Source of the DNA: an uncultured Alphaproteobacteria bacterium
Lineage (GTDB): Bacteria > Pseudomonadota > Alphaproteobacteria > RF32 > CAG-239
Reading direction: 5' to 3'
Length of the DNA stretch: 64,000 nucleotides
Assembly: GCA_947588655.1 (NCBI GenBank)
Contig: CANPYS010000004.1
Location: forward strand, 3,947-67,946
Shown here piece after piece: positions 29,168 through 38,261 of the stretch (its first letter is position 1; each line of letters opens with the position of its first letter). The translations under genes and the position numbers were made by a program. The notes beneath the pieces are model-generated. The model saw only the letters and a list, made by a program, of their open reading frames with translations, had not been told where the DNA came from and did not search any database.

Positions 29168-30789
29168 TGAAAAGAACTTATATTTTATCCTTTTTATTAT
29201 GTATACTTTTGATGATAGCATCAAATGATATTTGGGCACCCAAGAAAGTAACATTGACCTTTCAGGCTAAAACAAATCAGGACTTTTCTTTACAAACATC
29301 TTTTAATGATTCCTGTTTCAAAAATGAAAGCAATACAACCCTTATCCCATTGGAGGGGGGGGGGAATGAAGTTAAAGTAAAGATTTATGCAAGCAAAATC
29401 AACAGATTGTGCTTAAAAATCATACATCCTATTGATGAAATAACACTTTCTAATTTCAAGCTATCTGGAAAGAAAAATTTAGTTTTTATTAGCTTTGATT
29501 CTTTTAATATTGAAGGCTCTGCAAAGGTACAGGACGACAACAATTTTATCACAATCGCGCCTTCGCCGACAGATGCTTTCATCACAATCAACAATATTTC
29601 TTTCAAAGGAAAACACTCTTTTAACATTCACTTTTTTTTAATTTTAGCTTTTATTTATTTTTTGATTTCATATAAAATTGTTCAATATCTATCGGTTTTT
29701 AAAATTAAAGATTCTTCTTCGCGCATAGACATTGTTTTTGTGGCTGTTTTTTATGTTTTAATTTTTCTGCCAATGAGCAACATCTCCACAGAAGCAAATT
29801 CAATACAAGAAAACAGAAACTTAGCTCAAAAGCCAAGTTTGACAGACCTTTATAAATCAGATAAATATGGCAAAAATTTTGAACTTTGGTTTAATGATCA
29901 TTTTTACTTACGGAAAGATTTTGTAAAATTATACGAATTTTTAAATGATCCGTTATTTTTAAAAGGCAATAAACGTGTTTTAATTGGCAAAGATAATTGG
30001 CTTTTTTATAAAGCTGATAAGAGCGAAAGAAATTTTGCAAATCTGGATTTATTTTCACAAGAAGAACTTAAAAATTTAGCGACTTATTTGAAAAATATTC
30101 AGCAATGGACAAAGAAAAACGGCAAAAGTTTTTATTATTTAATCTGTCCGGATAAAAACAAAATTTACGGCGAATTTTATCAATTTCACGAAAAAGTTTA
30201 TCCCGATTCTCAAAGTCGTGCGCAACAAGTGGTTAATTATTTAAGAGAAAATACAGACATTGAAGTGATTTACCCCTATGATGCATTGCATCAAGCCAAA
30301 TCGCAAGGCTTACTTTATTATAAAAATGATACGCATTGGAACCTTTTTGGCGCTTACATAGCCTATCAGGAGCTTATGAAAAGTATTAAGAAAAAACACA
30401 AGCTCAAAATTTTTAAATATAGCAAATTAGATGAAGAAAAACATCCTTTGGGTGACTTGTCCAAAATGTTTTCTACACCTAAAGAGGACAATGAAACGAC
30501 TTATCTTGTCCCTTCGGTTCAAGATTTATCAAAATGCACCGGCGAAGAGAAAGAAATAAATTGCATTAATCACTTAGGAAAGTTACGAGTCTTTATGCTA
30601 AGAGATTCTTTTACAGATTTTTTAAAACCTTATTTGAATAATACTTTCAAATTTGTTGATTACAACTGGCGCTACAATATTACGAGATCTGACTTAAAAA
30701 AGATAAAAAACAACGCCGATATCATTATTTTAGAACAAGTTGAACGCCTTGTTCCAACATTAACTACGCTTAAATTCCCGAAAGAATAG
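29167..30789 (+). CDS. AlgJ/AlgX-like (DHHW/SGNH) O-acetyltransferase partner, G10 in frame
   Basis: ENRNLAQKP, VLIGKDNWLFY, ICPDKNKIY, DTHWNLFGAY, RDSF; adjacent to an MBOAT gene. Confidence 0.8.
   Translation: MKRTYILSFLLCILLMIASNDIWAPKKVTLTFQAKTNQDFSLQTSFNDSCFKNESNTTLIPLEGGGNEVKVKIYASKINRLCLKIIHPIDEITLSNFKLSGKKNLVFISFDSFNIEGSAKVQDDNNFITIAPSPTDAFITINNISFKGKHSFNIHFFLILAFIYFLISYKIVQYLSVFKIKDSSSRIDIVFVAVFYVLIFLPMSNISTEANSIQENRNLAQKPSLTDLYKSDKYGKNFELWFNDHFYLRKDFVKLYEFLNDPLFLKGNKRVLIGKDNWLFYKADKSERNFANLDLFSQEELKNLATYLKNIQQWTKKNGKSFYYLICPDKNKIYGEFYQFHEKVYPDSQSRAQQVVNYLRENTDIEVIYPYDALHQAKSQGLLYYKNDTHWNLFGAYIAYQELMKSIKKKHKLKIFKYSKLDEEKHPLGDLSKMFSTPKEDNETTYLVPSVQDLSKCTGEEKEINCINHLGKLRVFMLRDSFTDFLKPYLNNTFKFVDYNWRYNITRSDLKKIKNNADIIILEQVERLVPTLTTLKFPKE
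29355..29364 (+). repeat. G10 tract, in frame (LEGGGNE)
   Basis: ttggaGGGGGGGGGGaat. Confidence 0.9.
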
Positions 30790-30792
30790 AAC

Positions 30793-32196
30793 ATGCTTTT
30801 TTCATCTACAACATTTATTTTCTTATTTTTGCCGATTGTCAGCGCGACTTATCTTTTAGCCCGCAAAGAAATCAGAAACAATCTCTTGCTTTTGGCGAGT
30901 TTATTTTTCTATGCTTGGGGAGAACCGCGATATTTGCTAATTATGTTACTTACCATTTTAATCAATTATGTCGGCGCAAATTACATCAGCCGAAGCAAAA
31001 ATGACCAGCATCGCAAAATTCTTTTAGTTTTATCCATTATAGCTGATTTAGGTTGTTTGTTTTACTTCAAATATTTTAACTTTTTTATTGAGAATTTGAA
31101 TAACATAACTCATTTAAATTTGCATTTTATAGATGTTGTGATGCCGATTGGCATTTCGTTTTACACCTTCCAAGCCATGTCGTACTTGATTGACGTTTAC
31201 AGATGTGATGTTAAAGCGCAAAAAAGCATTTACAATTTGGCGCTTTATATCACGCTTTTTCCACAGCTGATTGCCGGCCCGATTGTTAAATATCATGACG
31301 TTGAAGAACAAATATCAAACCGCGACAGCACTTTTGAAAAAGTTTCTTACGGTATTAAGCGGTTTATTATCGGGCTTTCCAAAAAGATGATTATCGCAAA
31401 TACTTTAGGCGTTGTTGCAGACCAGATTTTTTCTGCGCCCGCCCAATCTTTAGACACACCAACAGCTTGGCTCGGGGCAATAACATATAGTTTACAACTG
31501 TTTTATGATTTCAGCGGTTATTCTGATATGGCTATCGGTTTAGGCTCAATATTCGGTTTCAAATTTCTGGAAAACTTTAATTATCCGTATATATCTAAAT
31601 CTATAACCGAATTTTGGCGGCGTTGGCATATTTCACTTTCAACATGGTTCAAGGAATATCTTTATATACCTTTGGGTGGCAATCGCGTTTCCAAAAACCG
31701 AACCTATCTAAATTTGCTGATTGTCTTTTTAGCAACAGGTTTTTGGCATGGCGCCGCATGGAATTTTATTGTTTGGGGCTTATGGCACGGTTTTTTCATT
31801 GTTTTGGAAAAAATAACCGGTTGGCATAAAATGGAAACAAAAAACATTTTTCATCTTTGCCTTAAACACCTTTACGCCTCTTTCGTTTTTATCATTGGTT
31901 GGGTAATGTTCCGCGCTGAAAATATGACATATGCCTTTCATTACATTCAAAATATGTTTGGCTTAACAAAAATAGCAAAATTACAACACATAAACGGCTT
32001 AGATGTGCAATCAGGCGTGGTTTTAGTGGTTGCTCTTGTCTGCGCCACGCCGATTTTTCATAAAATGTTGGACATTCCTTACAAGCACAAAATTTTAAGA
32101 AGCCTTGTCAACATTTGGCTGATGTTTCTTTTTATTATCAGCCTCTCCATCATCGCCAACGCAACCTACAACCCATTTATTTACTTTAGGTTTTAA
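30793..32196 (+). CDS. MBOAT O-acyltransferase (AlgI/DltB-like)
   Basis: MLFSS..F, PIGISFYTFQ, FPQLIAGPIVKY, DFSGYSDMAIG, FWRRWHISLS, GFWHGAAWNF. Confidence 0.93.
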   Translation: MLFSSTTFIFLFLPIVSATYLLARKEIRNNLLLLASLFFYAWGEPRYLLIMLLTILINYVGANYISRSKNDQHRKILLVLSIIADLGCLFYFKYFNFFIENLNNITHLNLHFIDVVMPIGISFYTFQAMSYLIDVYRCDVKAQKSIYNLALYITLFPQLIAGPIVKYHDVEEQISNRDSTFEKVSYGIKRFIIGLSKKMIIANTLGVVADQIFSAPAQSLDTPTAWLGAITYSLQLFYDFSGYSDMAIGLGSIFGFKFLENFNYPYISKSITEFWRRWHISLSTWFKEYLYIPLGGNRVSKNRTYLNLLIVFLATGFWHGAAWNFIVWGLWHGFFIVLEKITGWHKMETKNIFHLCLKHLYASFVFIIGWVMFRAENMTYAFHYIQNMFGLTKIAKLQHINGLDVQSGVVLVVALVCATPIFHKMLDIPYKHKILRSLVNIWLMFLFIISLSIIANATYNPFIYFRF

Positions 32197-32197
32197 A

Positions 32198-33603
32198 TTA
32201 ATTTTTAAATCTAATTCTAATTCCTAAAAATTTAATTGTTGTTTTGGTCTTATCTTTTTGAAAATCAAAAAATTTTGCTAATTTTTGTTTTCTCTTAATA
32301 ATTTTAAATTTTTGAATATAAAACTCATTTATAAGTTTGGCCGCAGATAAAAAAGAATATCTATTCATCATATCTTTAGCATTAGAAAAAGCATTATTGC
32401 GAATATTTTGAATTTGATTCACACAATACGCCCGGACTTCCTCTTCTTCTGCAGGATCAAATATGATGCCATTAACTTTGTTTTTTATAATATTTTGCAT
32501 TGTTTCGTTATGAAGAGATGTTATAACAAAACAGCCACAAGCTATAGATAAAACGGCATCTTTTTCATGAGAACATATAACAACATCATACAGGTTTAAA
32601 TTTTGGCGTAACTCATCAACGGTATGAGAAAGTTCTTTTAATTCTTCAAATTTGCCTATTTTTAATTTCTCAACTCTTTGATGCATGTAATAAAATGAAC
32701 AGGGATCGTATAAATAATCTAAAAAAGGAATTTCTTTTTTGCTTAGATCATGGGTATAGCTCCCCCCCCCATTGAAGAATTGTTTATATAAAACAAATAT
32801 TTATCAGAAAGCTGATTAACAATATTTAAAGCAATATTATATTCTTCTTGATTATTGGAGATGAGATTCACTTGTTTTTTATAGTTTTGGTAGCAATCGG
32901 AAACAAAATCAACGTAATAATATTTTTTCATTGTGTCTAATAAAGTCATTTTAAACCGCGAAATACTGTTACATTCACCAGAATCGGGTTGAATAGATAC
33001 ACCGCCCATATCATAGGTTTTGTAGCCCAATTCCTTAAATTTTAAAAAATCTTTATAATGTAGTAACCGATTTAAACGACCAATCATATTTTTAACTTCA
33101 GGCTCTAGATGTCTAAAACTTGAAATAGAACACATCATGCGAACACTTTTATTATCCGGATTAATTTGATGAGCATGGTAAATTTTATAATTTGGATAAT
33201 CAGAAGAATAAATAGAAGAAAAAACTAAAATTTTATGCTTTTTCCATAAATTAACACCTTTTTCAACACCTCCGATAACACTTCGCATAATATCAGAATC
33301 CTTATCTTCGGCGAATTCTTTGAATTTCACTAAAAATTCTTCAATCAACTTTTGATCAGGGTTTTCAATAAACTCAATTATAGGATTATCCTTTTTTATA
33401 CATTGATTTATATGGTGCTTTGCTGAGCTTTGAAAGCCTTTAAATATAACATCTTCATCTTTATCTAGATTTAAAAAAACGGTATACTGTGGTTCACATC
33501 GTGAAATACCAACCGGACAAACTAAACGTGTGTATCTAATATTTAAAGGTGTTTTTTCATCAAATAATTCAAGTTTATTGTCATCTATAATCTGCATCTT
33601 CAA
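32198..33603 (-). CDS. FemAB-like GNAT fused to GT-like C-domain, frameshifted at G9; ~468 aa if rejoined
   Basis: G10 gives ...SSMGGGSYTHDLSKKEIPFLDYLYDPCSFYY-MHQRVEK, joining ORFs 32743..33603 and 32198..32686. GYKTYDMGG and RFK motifs. Confidence 0.7.
32762..32770 (-). repeat. G9 tract, out of frame (G10 restores)
   Basis: + strand tCCCCCCCCCatt. Confidence 0.9.
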
Positions 33604-33621
33604 ACCTCCTGTTTAGATTAA

Positions 33622-34047
33622 TTAGCCTATATAGGAAAGAATAACTTTTCTATCTCTAATTGGATCAAGTTCCACCAAATAAACCGATTGCCACTTTCCT
33701 AAAATGAGTTTTCCATTTTCTACAGGTATTACTTCTGATGTGGGCAAAAATAATTGTCTCAAATGAGCATGAGCATTTATTCGCTCATTTACAGGAACAT
33801 CTCTGATTTCAATTTTATCATGCATGTAATTTCCATTTTTTGGAATTAACGTATCAAGAAAATTATTTATATCAGCAAGAAGTAAAGTTTCTCCTTCTAT
33901 AATTTTTACGGCGCAAGTTGTATGCAAGGTAAAAACATTTACAAGACCAATACCTTTTTTATTTTTAATAAAATCTTCTATTAAATCATTTAATTTTGTA
34001 AATTGTTTTTCTGTTTTAATTATTATTTCTTTCATTTCATTATGCAT
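33622..34047 (-). CDS. YjbQ/UPF0047-family protein
   Basis: VFTLHTTCA, NAHAHLR, LGKWQSVYLVELD. Confidence 0.85.
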   Translation of the reverse strand: MHNEMKEIIIKTEKQFTKLNDLIEDFIKNKKGIGLVNVFTLHTTCAVKIIEGETLLLADINNFLDTLIPKNGNYMHDKIEIRDVPVNERINAHAHLRQLFLPTSEVIPVENGKLILGKWQSVYLVELDPIRDRKVILSYIG

Positions 34048-34657
34048 GGATATACTCCCTTATATTGTCAATATTTATATCTAGATTCGCACCTTTAGGA
34101 TATTCGTTTTCAATAGCCTTTTTCACAACAATTGCAAAATCGTCAACTTTCATAAGTGAATTTGGATTTTCATTTGGATACATAGATTTTCTCATTTTAG
34201 TTAAAGTTCTTCCTGGAGAGAGGCAAATTGCATCTACACCTTCTTCTGCCCAACATTTTGTTGCCATAATAACGGCAGCTTTTGTAGCACAATACGAGCT
34301 CCAATTTGCATGTATTTTAGTTCCTGCAGATGAACCAATATTTATAATTTTTGCTTTTGGATTAATTTTTAACAATGCACCTGTACAGGCAAATACTCCT
34401 GTTAAATTTACATCTATAATATTTTTATGTTTATTTATGTTATTATTTGCTATACCATCAATTAAGATTGCACCTGCATTATTGATTAATATGTCAGGCT
34501 TTTCTTTCATCATATACGACTTTACTTTATCAATATCAGTAACGTCTAACTCTTCTTTGCTTGGCAAAAGAACTTTGTACTGTAAATTTTTCTCTAATAT
34601 TCTAGCAATAGCTTTGGCTATATCTCCATTGCCACCAGTAATTAACACCTTTATCAT
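34040..34657 (-). CDS. Short-chain dehydrogenase/reductase
   Basis: ITGGNGDIA, LINNAG, YCATK. Confidence 0.9.
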   Translation of the reverse strand: MIKVLITGGNGDIAKAIARILEKNLQYKVLLPSKEELDVTDIDKVKSYMMKEKPDILINNAGAILIDGIANNNINKHKNIIDVNLTGVFACTGALLKINPKAKIINIGSSAGTKIHANWSSYCATKAAVIMATKCWAEEGVDAICLSPGRTLTKMRKSMYPNENPNSLMKVDDFAIVVKKAIENEYPKGANLDINIDNIREYIHA

Positions 34658-35274
34658 ATTATATTATCCTCTATCATTTTATAAATGTTTTCTATAACTG
34701 GTAAATCTTTTTTATAAGTCAATTTTACCAAGTTTTCTCCACCTAAAAAAAACTCAGGTTTAATCCCATAGGTTTCATACATTAATCGTGTTTCATCAGT
34801 CATATCCCAATCAATATTCTTATTATAAGCATCATAAAGTAGTTGAAAATCAAAACATTGTGGCGTTAGTAAATCGTAATATTCATTTCTGTTACAATAA
34901 GTACCATCACGTTTAATTATTGTATTTACAAGTGGCATAATATATGTAGATGACTTTTGGGTATTTTTAAGCAAAAATTCAATTTGTTCAGTACGAACTA
35001 GAGGTCTTGCCACCTCCAAAATAATTACTTTTTTATAATCTCTATTTTTTATTTTAAAATAGTTAAGTCCATTTATAACGGAATAAGAACGAGTTTTACC
35101 CCCTTCTACATCAACGCCAACGACTACAATGTTTTCTTTTGGCAAAATTTTTAAAGCTTTATCATAAACGTGCTCCCATAATGCTTTTCCCATAAATTTT
35201 ATGAATTGTTTTTTTTCTTGAAATCTAGTACCTTTACCCCCCCCCAAGATAACAGCTATATTATTTTCCATCAA
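34654..35274 (-). CDS. IspD/TarI-family cytidylyltransferase, G9 in frame
   Basis: ILGGGKGTRF, KQF, GGKTRSYSV, EVARPL, TPQCF, MTDET, KLTYKKDL. Confidence 0.85.
   Translation of the reverse strand: MMENNIAVILGGGKGTRFQEKKQFIKFMGKALWEHVYDKALKILPKENIVVVGVDVEGGKTRSYSVINGLNYFKIKNRDYKKVIILEVARPLVRTEQIEFLLKNTQKSSTYIMPLVNTIIKRDGTYCNRNEYYDLLTPQCFDFQLLYDAYNKNIDWDMTDETRLMYETYGIKPEFFLGGENLVKLTYKKDLPVIENIYKMIEDNII
35237..35245 (-). repeat. G9 tract, in frame (LGGGK)
   Basis: tttaCCCCCCCCCaag. Confidence 0.9.
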
Positions 35275-36681
35275 TCAACTCTCCATTCAAATATTTTATA
35301 ATTGTTTTTGATGCATGAGGATAATTATATTTGACAAAACTGTAGCGGAATTTGTCCCGTTTTTCTTTCAAGATATCATTACCCTTTAACACAACATTTT
35401 CTATGTAATTAATGATATCTTTTTCATTATAAGCCTTATAATAACAATCTAAACAACCCTTACCAAAAGTTCCAAAATACTCATTAATTACCTTTTTATC
35501 TCTTAGTGAATAACAAGCCGGATTTTCTGTATAAAGATACTCCGGTAAAAATGACCCACAGTCATGAATGATGCCGTCTGAATCCACAAAAGTTTGATAA
35601 TAGTTTGAACTTGTATCATAGACACAGTTTTCAAAAGAATCCATTTTCTGATAATATTCTTTTGTTTTTTCCTCACCCCAATATTTATCTTGAATAAGTG
35701 TATAATATAAAAGTGGATGTGGTCTAAATATAAAATCAATTTGAGGATATTTCTGAGGCAACGACAAATACAAATCGCTAAACTTTAAAAATTGCCCTTG
35801 CAAACCTATTCCATGGATTGAATGATGTGGAGCAATAATAACTTTTTTACGTTTGTGCTTTGTTTTAACTAAGCCCTCAAAAGCATCGGCCTTAGGATAA
35901 CCAGAAACAAAAGCATTTTTTCCATGAATAGGTTGTCTTTCTTTTAAATCTTCTAAATTTAATTCATTTTCCACAAAAGCAATCCAACACATATTATAAG
36001 TGTCTGAAAGGATGGACTTATCTTTTGCAGAAGAATAAGCATAACTAACATAACAAGCCAAGACGCCTTGACGAATTATATTATATATTTTGTAGGGTTT
36101 ATATTCTATATTTTCATCATTTGAGGGAACAAAAACGATGTCAAAACACTTGTTATAATCCGCAATTTTAATACCCCCCCCATAGTAATTTTTTCAAGTC
36201 CTTGATAAACTTTTATTTTATGCGCATATTTTTCCAAAACTGCTTGTAAGGTTTTATGATATAACTCAATTTCCTTTTCCGGAGTGTGTACCAAGCTTGG
36301 AACGACAACAACCGACACTTCAAAACTTGGATTCGCAATCATTTTTAACAATACCGCTTCAGCCGTCCAAGATTCCAAAGCGTGCATAATAAACCCAACT
36401 CTTATCTTTTGACCATTTTTAACTTTCGTTCTCAGTCTATTAAGAATTTTTGGATAAGTTTTTTGTATTTTTTCATAATCAGAAACACTAAAATACATCT
36501 TAAAATTGCCGGCAAAGAACAATTTCCATTTTAGTGGCATAATCAAGCTTAAAAGATACAAACACCTATCGCAAAGCTTTTCATAACCACAATATAATTT
36601 TTTGCGAGCCGTTTTTCTCCACGAACTTTTCGGAATAAAACAGCATAAAATTTTTATAATATATTTCATCACATTTACCAC
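35261..36681 (-). CDS. CDP-glycerol/alditol glycerophosphotransferase (TagF-like), frameshifted at G8; ~473 aa if rejoined
   Basis: G9 gives ...EKITMGGGIKIADYNKCFDIVFVP...RQGVLACYVSYAY, joining ORFs 36106..36681 and 35261..36061. SGYPKAD, IAPHHS, FRPHPLL, DCGSFLPEYL motifs. Confidence 0.8.
36174..36181 (-). repeat. G8 tract, out of frame (G9 restores)
   Basis: ataCCCCCCCCatag. Confidence 0.9.
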
Positions 36682-36689
36682 AGTTTCAG

Positions 36690-37541
36690 TTACTCAACAG
36701 GTCTTCTGCATATACAAATTTGAAAATGGCTTGCAAAAAACGGAAAAGCCTTTGCAAATCGCAGCAAATACCCCCCCCCGCGAGATTTAAAGAACTCAAT
36801 AGCTTTAGGTTCTTCCCAAATAAGTTTTCTTTTATTTTTACGGTTAAAAGCTTCTCTAAGGCCAAGTTCATCTTCTCCGGCGACATGAGACAAAACTTCA
36901 AACCCAGCTTTTTCCAATTCTTTTCTAAATTGTTTTGTTGACAAATGATATTCAAAAAAATCACCATCTAAAAACCTTGGCCAATATTTAAACTTCATAT
37001 GATTTTTTTCTTCATATTTTCTTTTTTCTTCTGCAACACCTTTATGAAAAATCTGCTGATAAAGTTTTTTGAATTTACGCGTTGTATTTAAGCATGGGAC
37101 AGAAATTAAAGCATATCCACCCGGACGAGTAGCATCAAACATAGCTTTAATTGGTTTATCTAAGCCATCAATAAAATGTTCTACAACACCTAAGCTTAAA
37201 ACAACATCATTATTTTTAAGCTCCGGAGGCAAATTTGTTATTGAACCATGCGTAAATGAATATTCTGGATATTTTTTATGAAGAACTTTAACTATATCGT
37301 TATTTATTTCTACGCCTTTAATACCATCAAAGCCTAACCTATTAAACAAAATGACAACGCAACCATTACCGCTACCGGCTTCTAATATTTTAGGTTGACG
37401 CCCCAACTCCAATTTTGCCCGATGGGCAAGTTTTATGCCCTCAATGGTTTCTTCCACCATCAACTTGCCATAAACGAATGTTGAAATTTCTTCTTCATTC
37501 CATTTAAAAACGTAACTTTCGCCTTCCATTTTTCCCTCCAT
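36690..37541 (-). CDS. Class I SAM-dependent methyltransferase, G9 in frame near 3' end
   Basis: ILEAGSGNG, DVVLSLGVVEHF, RPGGYALISVP. Confidence 0.88.
   Translation of the reverse strand: MEGKMEGESYVFKWNEEEISTFVYGKLMVEETIEGIKLAHRAKLELGRQPKILEAGSGNGCVVILFNRLGFDGIKGVEINNDIVKVLHKKYPEYSFTHGSITNLPPELKNNDVVLSLGVVEHFIDGLDKPIKAMFDATRPGGYALISVPCLNTTRKFKKLYQQIFHKGVAEEKRKYEEKNHMKFKYWPRFLDGDFFEYHLSTKQFRKELEKAGFEVLSHVAGEDELGLREAFNRKNKRKLIWEEPKAIEFFKSRGGGYLLRFAKAFPFFASHFQICICRRPVE
36771..36779 (-). repeat. G9 tract, in frame (RGGGY)
   Basis: aataCCCCCCCCCgcg. Confidence 0.9.
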
Positions 37542-37547
37542 AAATAA

Positions 37548-38261
37548 TCAAATTTTTTGAACAACGGCTGTAATTAAAATCGGATAACTTTCTACATCAT
37601 CGGCAAATTTCTCACACACATTTCTGTTGATATTGATTAATCTGCAGATAACAGAGCCAATCCCCCCCCCGTAGGTTTTTAAGGACAAGGTCTTGAATTT
37701 ATCTTTAAGCCGCTCAAAGCATTTTTTTAGTCCCGATTGGCTCAATGATAACATAAAGGGTCCATCTTTCATCTGAGGACCATATGAATCGGTTGAGACA
37801 AGCATCACCCCATCCGGCTTAAGCAATTTCTGCATATTTGATAAAACCAAAAGCGGATCAAGCGTATAAACCAAACATTGCGTAAAGATAATACAATCAA
37901 AGCTGGCCTTAGGGAAGGTGTTAATATCTTCAAAATCAAAGAAAAATTTAATATTATCCTCTGGCTTATAGTTGTGTTTAAACTTTAAACCAGCGCAATA
38001 TGTAACATTTTCTTGAGGGACATACTTTTCGGCATAATTTTCTGTGCCTCTAAATTCTAGAACCTGCCCCTTAATATATTTCCGATTATCTTCAATAAAT
38101 TTTTCAATATAAATTCTATCTGGCGATTCCTTAACCTTCAAAACCGGATTATACCTTTGGATTTTTTTAAATTCAGAGTACTGCTGATTTATATATTTCT
38201 CACACCAGTTAAGATTTTTATAAAATAGCCTTGCCTTGAGTTTTCTAATAAGCCTGACCAT
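37548..38261 (-). CDS. Class I SAM-dependent methyltransferase, G9 in frame
   Basis: GQVLEF, FDCIIFTQCL, LLKPDGVML. Confidence 0.75.
   Translation of the reverse strand: MVRLIRKLKARLFYKNLNWCEKYINQQYSEFKKIQRYNPVLKVKESPDRIYIEKFIEDNRKYIKGQVLEFRGTENYAEKYVPQENVTYCAGLKFKHNYKPEDNIKFFFDFEDINTFPKASFDCIIFTQCLVYTLDPLLVLSNMQKLLKPDGVMLVSTDSYGPQMKDGPFMLSLSQSGLKKCFERLKDKFKTLSLKTYGGGIGSVICRLININRNVCEKFADDVESYPILITAVVQKI
37662..37670 (-). repeat. G9 tract, in frame (YGGGI)
   Basis: aatCCCCCCCCCgta. Confidence 0.9.

Noticed and set aside
34065-34697. 210-aa plus-strand ORF and other antisense ORFs (17534..18070, 27350..27808, 45000..45437, 4352..4795)
   Set aside because: Shadows of well-supported genes on the opposite strand, with no recognisable motifs.
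34654-35274. Housekeeping MEP-pathway ispD
   Set aside because: Divergent, AT-rich, and embedded with SDR and TagF-like genes; a TarI-type role is more likely, so no symbol was given.
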